Origin: an uncultured Candidatus Saccharibacteria bacterium | GTDB lineage: Bacteria > Patescibacteriota > Doudnabacteria > UBA920 | Length of the DNA stretch: 37,619 bases | Assembly (NCBI GenBank): GCA_964524735.1 | Contig: CAZGCV010000003.1 | Location: 7,637 to 45,255 of the forward strand | Direction: 5' to 3' | Part shown: positions 32,844 through 37,619 of the stretch, in pieces | How positions within the stretch are numbered: position 1 is the first letter of the stretch | Layout: each line of letters begins with the position of its first letter | Notes under the pieces: generated by a model | Told to the model about the DNA's origin: nothing | The model's database searches: none | What the model saw: the letters and a program-made list of their open reading frames with translations, nothing else | Made by a program: the position numbers and the translations under genes

Positions 32844-33359
32844 TTAAGATTTCAACTCGTAATGCACAACATCGTATCCGAAATCAGGGAATGATTCTCG
32901 GTTAATTATTTTCCACTCAGATTTATCGAATTTGGGAAAATATACATCGCCTAGAAAATCATCATGAGTTTCAGTTAGTATCATTTCATCAATGACTTTC
33001 GTTTTAAAACCTTCTTCAATGATTCCGCTGCCGCCAATCAAAAAGATTTTCTCAGTTTGATTTTCGTAGCTTTGAATAGCCGCAGATAGTGTTGAAAATT
33101 TTCGAAAACCTTCAGGCGCTTCCCATTTTGGATTGCGAGAAACAACTAAATTTATTCGGTCAGGCAAAGGTTTTTTGAATATTTCACAGGTGCCTCTGCC
33201 CATAATTACAACATGACCGGCAGTTAATTTTTTAAATCTTGGTAAGTCGCCTTCTAGCTTTTGCCAAGGTAAAAACCAAGGTTGATTTGCCGTGTTACCA
33301 ATTACACCTTGTGGTGTTAGTGCCATGGCAACTATTATTTTTGTGTTCTTTTTCTCCAT
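32844..33359 (-). CDS. folA: dihydrofolate reductase
   Basis: GVIGN...LPW...DLPRFKKLTAGHVVIMGRGT and IFLIGGSGI motifs. A GGAG SD overlaps the thyA stop codon. Confidence 0.85.
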   Translation of the reverse strand: MEKKNTKIIVAMALTPQGVIGNTANQPWFLPWQKLEGDLPRFKKLTAGHVVIMGRGTCEIFKKPLPDRINLVVSRNPKWEAPEGFRKFSTLSAAIQSYENQTEKIFLIGGSGIIEEGFKTKVIDEMILTETHDDFLGDVYFPKFDKSEWKIINRESFPDFGYDVVHYELKS

Positions 33360-33368
33360 ACTTTTCTC

Positions 33369-34253
33369 CTATACAGCTACTGGTGCTTCGATTTTGTCAT
33401 GCGGGTTGTATCCGTTGAGCTTGAAATTTTCCCACGTGAACCCTAATAACCCTTCCAGTCCTTTGCCAATTAAATGATCGGCGTTTACAATTTCTAAGGT
33501 TGGTAATTCTCGCGGCTCCCTTGATAATAATTCATCAACTGGGGATTTTTCTTTTCCCGGAGTTGGAATGAGATGATTTAGATAAACATGAGCGTCCCCA
33601 AAAGTGTGAACGAAGGTTCTTGGTTTCATACCCATTACATGGGCAATCATGCATGTTAATAAAGCATAAGAGCTAATATTAAATGGAACCCCTAAGAACC
33701 AATCAGCACTTCTTTGATAAAGTTTGCAAGATAGATGCTTTTCATCATCTATTAGATCTACTTTAAACTGAAACAGTGTGTGGCAAGGAGGTAGTTCTAC
33801 TTGATCAGCAGTATTTGGATCCCAGCCAGAGACGATGTGTCTTCTAGAGTTGGGTTTATTTTCTAAGTCATTCATTAACCTTTTGATTTGGTCGTAACCA
33901 TTTTTTTCAGGGTAGTCACCTCCAAATGATCTCCATAGATATCCATATACGGGACCTAGATCTCCTTCTTTTCTTCCGAATTTAGCAGTCATTTCTGCTG
34001 TAGCCCATTCTTCCCAAATGCTAATATTCAATTCACGCAATTTCTTCTCATCTGTATCTCCTCTTAGAAACCACATCAATTCTTCAAATACCCATCTAAG
34101 TGGTATTTTCTTAGTTGTCATGATAGGAAAACTTTTTGATAAATCAAAAGTCATTTGTGGTCCGAACAAAGAAATTGTGCCTACGCGTGTTCTGTCTTCG
34201 TGTTTGATACCGTTTTCTAAAATTTCGGATAAGGTATTAAGATATTGTTTCAT
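33369..34253 (-). CDS. thyA: thymidylate synthase (ThyA type)
   Basis: DRTRVGT, LRWVFEELMWFLRGDT, PPCH catalytic Cys, and YQRSADWFLGVPFNISSYALL. Start set to the ATG at 34253 (MKQYLN), 6 nt after the GGAGGA SD. The track start at 34265 is a TTG that forms part of that SD. Confidence 0.95.
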   Translation of the reverse strand: MKQYLNTLSEILENGIKHEDRTRVGTISLFGPQMTFDLSKSFPIMTTKKIPLRWVFEELMWFLRGDTDEKKLRELNISIWEEWATAEMTAKFGRKEGDLGPVYGYLWRSFGGDYPEKNGYDQIKRLMNDLENKPNSRRHIVSGWDPNTADQVELPPCHTLFQFKVDLIDDEKHLSCKLYQRSADWFLGVPFNISSYALLTCMIAHVMGMKPRTFVHTFGDAHVYLNHLIPTPGKEKSPVDELLSREPRELPTLEIVNADHLIGKGLEGLLGFTWENFKLNGYNPHDKIEAPVAV

Positions 34254-34298
34254 AATTTCCTCCAATTTAAGCTAATTTTTGCTTTTAAAGCTGTCTTT

Positions 34299-34327
34299 AG
34301 CTTAAAGAGGTTAATGGTTGTTGTCAA
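34299..34327 (-). promoter_or_regulatory. putative internal promoter for thyA-folA (TTGACA-17 nt-TAAGCT)
   Basis: Minus-sense TTGACA (plus 34322..34327), 17-nt spacer, TAAGCT (plus 34299..34304). Confidence 0.3.
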
Positions 34328-34347
34328 TAAAATAAACCACCTTAAAA

Positions 34348-35085
34348 TTAAGGCAGTTTATTAGGTTCTACATCCTTTAATGTAATCCGACGTACCAATT
34401 CCCATACTTTTGCGTGTATTTGCATTGGTGTTAGAATTTGACCGTTTTCAGAACATTCTATTAAAAAAGTGTTTGGGAACAACTCTGCAATTTCCATATA
34501 AACACGCTCCGCATTTTTTAAATGCTCAATATCCTGATCGTGCATATCTGGTTTGGTTCCTTTGGCTTCGTGCCCTTTCTTAATTAACTCTAAAGAAAGT
34601 TCAACTGGTAAATGCAGGATTATAGTTAAGTCTGGCTTTGGAATACTAAATGTATTGAATTCCAAATCCGTAAGCCATTTGTAAAAATTAATGCGTTTGT
34701 TGTGGTCAGTAATTTTACCGCCTTGATGACCAGCATTAGAAGTTACATAGCGATTTGTTAAAATGATTTGGTCGTTTTTAATCTTTTCTTTTAGCTTGAT
34801 GCTGGCGTCAAATCTATCAACTGCATATAGTATTGATGCTGCTTTGGCATTTAGATCTCCAAATTCACCTGCTAAGTATTTTTCCAGCATTGCAGCAGAT
34901 GGCTGTCCGTATTGCGGAAAGTCGAACAATTCGTGATTGTATCCAGATTCTCTTAGAGTTTTTGCTAGCAAATCCACTTGAGTTGTCTTGCCTGTTCCAT
35001 CAGTACCATCAATTACAATTAAACGACCATTTAGGTCTTTATTTAAGTCTTTTACAGGCTCTTCTTTTTTACTAAAAAATCCCAT
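34348..35085 (-). CDS. tmk: thymidylate (dTMP) kinase
   Basis: P-loop IVIDGTDGTGKTTQ and the DRF/NRYVTSN segment. At 245 aa it is longer than typical. AAGGAGG SD upstream. Confidence 0.8.
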   Translation of the reverse strand: MGFFSKKEEPVKDLNKDLNGRLIVIDGTDGTGKTTQVDLLAKTLRESGYNHELFDFPQYGQPSAAMLEKYLAGEFGDLNAKAASILYAVDRFDASIKLKEKIKNDQIILTNRYVTSNAGHQGGKITDHNKRINFYKWLTDLEFNTFSIPKPDLTIILHLPVELSLELIKKGHEAKGTKPDMHDQDIEHLKNAERVYMEIAELFPNTFLIECSENGQILTPMQIHAKVWELVRRITLKDVEPNKLP

Positions 35086-35101
35086 TTTAAATAACCTCCT
35101 T

Positions 35102-35129
35102 ATAGTATAATTATGTCTAATGCTATCAA
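35102..35129 (-). promoter_or_regulatory. putative promoter for tmk (TTGATA-16 nt-TACTAT)
   Basis: Minus-sense TTGATA (plus 35124..35129), 16-nt spacer, TACTAT (plus 35102..35107). Confidence 0.3.
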
Positions 35130-35162
35130 TAAAGTCATGTTATTTCAAGTTCGTATTTAAAG

Positions 35163-35771
35163 TTAATTTAATTTGTCCGTTGAGTCAAAAGTCAGCCACT
35201 CGTTATTTTTAGTAAAGTTTTTATGATATTGAGATGCTTGAGGCTCCATTGCACCATAGTATTTACTACCTAAATCATTTTGCCCATAAGGTTTTTCTGC
35301 TTTGGTAGAAAGTTGAATGAAAGTCATTTGACCAATTGGCATTTTGTAGTAAAGCTTAATTGGTAGTTCAGAAATATTGTGCAATTCCAAAGTAATTCTA
35401 AGTTTGTTTCCAGGGTCTATGTATCCAGCAGTTGCATGTACGATCAAACCTATTCTCCCTAAAGATGATTTTCCATCTAGATGTCCTACAACATCATCTC
35501 CTAGGCCAACTACTTCATAAGTCATCCCTAAAGCAAATTGTCCAGGATGCAAAATGAACTGTTTGTTCTCATCAATTTTAACTTTGTCCATCATGTCATC
35601 AATATTCTTTTGCGGGTCAATGCATATTTGGTCACGGGTTTTGAAAACCATAAAATCTGCTCCTAAATGCACATCCACACTTGCTGGTTGGATCGAATTA
35701 GGAAAAAGTGGGTCTACGACTATCCTGCCGTTTTCAAGGGATTTTTTGATGTCGATGTCTGAAAAAATCAT
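35163..35771 (-). CDS. dcd: dCTP deaminase
   Basis: MIFSDIDIKK...SIQPASVDVHLG and DGKSSLGRIGLIVHATAGYIDPG motifs. 202 aa. Confidence 0.9.
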   Translation of the reverse strand: MIFSDIDIKKSLENGRIVVDPLFPNSIQPASVDVHLGADFMVFKTRDQICIDPQKNIDDMMDKVKIDENKQFILHPGQFALGMTYEVVGLGDDVVGHLDGKSSLGRIGLIVHATAGYIDPGNKLRITLELHNISELPIKLYYKMPIGQMTFIQLSTKAEKPYGQNDLGSKYYGAMEPQASQYHKNFTKNNEWLTFDSTDKLN

Positions 35772-35858
35772 ATTGTATGATTTAATTGTATATTTATGTT
35801 ATTGTATCACAGTTTGCTTACCTCGAAAATTGGCTTTTTTAAGCATTAATATAAAAAT

Positions 35859-35880
35859 AAACAACCCTTTCGGGTTGTTT
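35859..35880 (-). terminator. rho-independent terminator after rplA
   Basis: Minus sense AAACAACCC-GAAA-GGGUUGUUU followed by AUUUUUAU. It lies 14 nt past the rplA stop. Confidence 0.75.
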
Positions 35881-35893
35881 ATTTATGAGTAGG

Positions 35894-36577
35894 TTAAGCT
35901 TTGAATTTAATGCCAGGACCCATTGTAGAGTTTAGGCTCATGCTAATAACTAAAGCTTTTTTAACTGCTGCTGGCTTGCTTGCTTGCAAAGCATCAACAA
36001 AAGTTTTCAAGTTTTCTTCTAGTTTTGCAGAATCAAAGTCTGTTTTACCAATTGCTTGGTGAACGTTTCCAGAATTATCATTCTTGAAGTTAATTTTACC
36101 ACCAGCAATTTCTGTAATTGCAGCTGTGATGTTTTCAGAAACAGTTCCAGTTTTTGGGTTAGGCATCATGCCGCGAGTACCCAAGATTTTAGCAATCTGA
36201 GCAAGCTTAGGCATCATAGCTGGTTCAGCTACAGCAATGTCGAAATCTGTTTTTTCAGTTTCTTTAATTTGCTTGATTAGCTCTTCCCCGCCAACAACTG
36301 TAGCACCAGCTGCTTTAGCAGCAGCTTCATTAACTTCAGTTACGAATGCAGCAATTTTGCGAGTCTTACCAGTACCATGAGGTAAAGTTACAGAACCGCG
36401 AATTGCCTGATCTGTTTTCTTGGCATCAATTGAAGTTTTAACATGGACTTCGATTGAACCAGTAAACTTTGTTGTAGCAGTTTTCTTAGCAAGTTCAATT
36501 GCTTCAGCTGCTGAGTAAACATTATCTTTGTTTACTTGTTCCAAATTAGTCTTGGAGCGTTTTGACACATGTGCCAT
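35894..36577 (-). CDS. rplA: 50S ribosomal protein L1
   Basis: MAHVSKRSK...KFTGSIEVHVKTSIDAKKTDQAIRGSVTLPHGTGK is a typical L1 sequence. Start set to the ATG at 36577, preceded by an AAAGGAA SD. The track start at 36628 would add 17 non-conserved residues across a hairpin. Confidence 0.92.
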   Translation of the reverse strand: MAHVSKRSKTNLEQVNKDNVYSAAEAIELAKKTATTKFTGSIEVHVKTSIDAKKTDQAIRGSVTLPHGTGKTRKIAAFVTEVNEAAAKAAGATVVGGEELIKQIKETEKTDFDIAVAEPAMMPKLAQIAKILGTRGMMPNPKTGTVSENITAAITEIAGGKINFKNDNSGNVHQAIGKTDFDSAKLEENLKTFVDALQASKPAAVKKALVISMSLNSTMGPGIKFKA

Positions 36578-36590
36578 TTGAATTCCTTTC

Positions 36591-36626
36591 GTGGTAGGAC
36601 GAGCTTGAATTAACAAGCTCTCCCAC
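36591..36626 (-). promoter_or_regulatory. structured leader element immediately upstream of the rplA SD
   Basis: Minus sense GUGGGA-GAGCUUG-UUAAUU-CAAGCUC-GUCCUACCAC. It has a 7-bp apical stem, and the flanking GGA/UCC and GUGG/CCAC pairs form an irregular extended helix. Confidence 0.3.
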
Positions 36627-36644
36627 AAACGGTTAATAAATTAT

Positions 36645-37019
36645 TTAAGATTCTTTGCGAGCCAGTTTCCAGTGATAGTAAAACACAGGGGCTGCAACAA
36701 TAATCATTGCAATTGCAGTAGCGGCATCACGCTGTTTTTGGGCAGCACGACGATCCATTTCTGCTTTGCGTTCATTTTCCACGTAGTTTGGATCACTACA
36801 TCCAGGATCTACATAAATGCCCTCAGATTTGCTGGCATCATCTGGTAGGTTTGCTGGACAATCTAACTTAGGTGGATAGTAGTAGCTATCATCAGCTTTT
36901 GTGAAAACCCAAGTTTTCAAAGCCAAATTAATTAGCATAATGCTGGCAATTACTAGAATTACCAACGAAATTAGCGATACAAGGTAAAGATATACCTTTT
37001 TAATCCAAGATAGATTCAT
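36645..37019 (-). CDS. small two-TM membrane protein inserted between rplK and rplA
   Basis: 124 aa. Hydrophobic helices lie at both ends (VYLYLVSLISLVILVIASIMLINLAL and ATAIAMIIVAAPVFYYHW). The central acidic loop contains two Cys. Confidence 0.55.
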   Translation of the reverse strand: MNLSWIKKVYLYLVSLISLVILVIASIMLINLALKTWVFTKADDSYYYPPKLDCPANLPDDASKSEGIYVDPGCSDPNYVENERKAEMDRRAAQKQRDAATAIAMIIVAAPVFYYHWKLARKES

Positions 37020-37072
37020 AGGTTTTATTTTAATTACCTATATTATACTACTTTTTTAGCGGATGGTAACGA

Positions 37073-37498
37073 TTATTCAGTTACATCAACGCCCATTGAG
37101 CGAGCTGTACCACGAATAATTTTTTCAGCCTGTTCCAAATCATTTGCATTAAGGTCAGGCATTTTCTTTTCTGCGATCTCGCGAATCTGCGCTGCAGAAA
37201 TTTTTCCTACTTTAGTTGTAAGTGGGTTTCCACTTCCCTTTTGTAGGTTAATCGCCTTCATGATCAAGTTTGATGCAGGCGGAGTTTTAAGGATGAATTC
37301 AAACGTACGATCTTCGTAAATTGTCATTTCAACCGGGATGATCAAGTCACCCATTTGACCTGTACGGTCGTTAAACTGTTTTGTGAAATCTGCAATGTTT
37401 AAACCATGGGGTCCAAGCGCAGTACCTACTGGAGGTGCTGGAGTTGCTTTACCTGCTGGTAATTGCAGTTTCACCATTGCTTTGACTTTTTTAGCCAT
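37073..37498 (-). CDS. rplK: 50S ribosomal protein L11
   Basis: [43 protein letters not shown] is a canonical L11 N-terminal domain. 141 aa. Confidence 0.95.
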   Translation of the reverse strand: MAKKVKAMVKLQLPAGKATPAPPVGTALGPHGLNIADFTKQFNDRTGQMGDLIIPVEMTIYEDRTFEFILKTPPASNLIMKAINLQKGSGNPLTTKVGKISAAQIREIAEKKMPDLNANDLEQAEKIIRGTARSMGVDVTE

Positions 37499-37506
37499 TA
37501 TGGTGA

Positions 37507-37558
37507 GTAGTAATCCTTATTAGGGACGAGACTGCGGACGTATCCGCGCGCCGACTAC
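37507..37558 (-). promoter_or_regulatory. GC-rich structured element in the rplK leader
   Basis: Minus sense GUAGU...ACUAC outer stem enclosing GCGGA-UACG-UCCGC (plus 34..47 of the 375xx block, i.e. 37534..37547). This is a locally very GC-rich patch in an AT-rich genome, and the outer stem also encloses the AAGGA SD. Confidence 0.3.
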
Positions 37559-37619
37559 TTATTAATAATTGCAAGTCTTCTAGACTTGATAAGGAGCTTG
37601 ATCATTTCAAGCCCCGTAC

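Noticed and set aside
3998-36280. About 29 short track ORFs (60-127 aa) lie antisense to or out of frame within longer genes. They are 3998..4210, 4263..4502, 4576..4827, 8109..8324, 9004..9216, 9210..9536, 12640..12867, 12889..13128, 13895..14137, 14127..14348, 17705..17917, 18748..18954, 19705..19905, 22181..22390, 23629..23883, 23972..24304, 25030..25266, 25579..25785, 26291..26485, 28174..28482, 30241..30447, 31146..31328, 31408..31617, 32389..32772, 33292..33477, 34018..34275, 34833..35075, 35554..35892 and 36056..36280.
   Set aside because: Each is fully or mostly embedded in a longer ORF with clear family motifs. Their translations are low-complexity, Cys/Phe/Ser/Leu-rich and without motifs, as expected for chance ORFs in AT-rich DNA. 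None has its own promoter or SD signal.
1-37619. Scan for tRNA/rRNA genes, CRISPR repeats, IS elements, integrases, toxin-antitoxin pairs or recognisable phage-defence genes.
   Set aside because: The longest non-coding stretches are 366..650 and 22354..22691, and several others are ~120 nt. None shows tRNA T-loop/acceptor features (no GGTTCGAATCC-like box), direct-repeat arrays or terminal inverted repeats. No ORF shows transposase, recombinase or nuclease-NTPase defence signatures.
37561-37619. Open minus-strand frame at the right edge (...TGLEMIKLLIKSRRLAIINK*) that could be the C-terminus of the gene upstream of rplK.
   Set aside because: Only ~20 codons are visible, and the peptide does not resemble a NusG KOW C-terminus. 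Another frame stops earlier (...VRGLK*), followed by the 37572..37588 hairpin. The frame cannot be decided from this window.

Overview
AT-rich, tightly packed bacterial chromosomal segment with about 43 protein genes on alternating strand blocks. I found no rRNA, tRNA, CRISPR array, transposase or integrase. Standard code 11 fits: an RF2 gene with the SPF motif is present, and TGA is used as a stop (e.g. 7277..7279, 19722..19724). Most of the content is housekeeping: trpS (partial), mltG, def-fmt, gltX, a cysteine desulfurase, rpmA, pyrG, rplI, ftsEX, prfB, a dcd-tmk-thyA-folA deoxythymidylate block, and rplA/rplK. There is also an unexpectedly dense cytoplasmic signalling block: an orphan receiver, a GAF histidine kinase, a GGDEF-EAL protein and an OmpR/HK pair. 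The compact style, many membrane-anchored hypothetical proteins and pilin-like proteins suggest a small-genome Patescibacteria/CPR-like bacterium; this is inference only. The best candidate for something undescribed is the translationally coupled operon 18429..22353. It encodes a coiled-coil M23 peptidase, then two paralogous proteins whose conserved N-terminal module (signal peptide plus a VirB2/TrbC-pilin-like two-helix hairpin) is fused to unrelated cell-wall hydrolase-like C-termini. One C-terminus is a lytic transglycosylase domain, the other a Cys-rich LAS/M15-like domain. A bitopic 170-aa protein sits between the two paralogues. Other notable points:
- A tandem active/degenerate DEDDh exonuclease pair is inserted between def and fmt.
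- A WecG/TagA-Nudix fusion is present.
- The rplK-rplA pair is split by a small membrane-protein gene, with structured leaders upstream of both ribosomal genes.
- An (extended) -10 box lies 6-8 nt upstream of many start codons, implying leaderless mRNAs.
All functional calls rest on motifs read by eye from the translations. No database searches were run.
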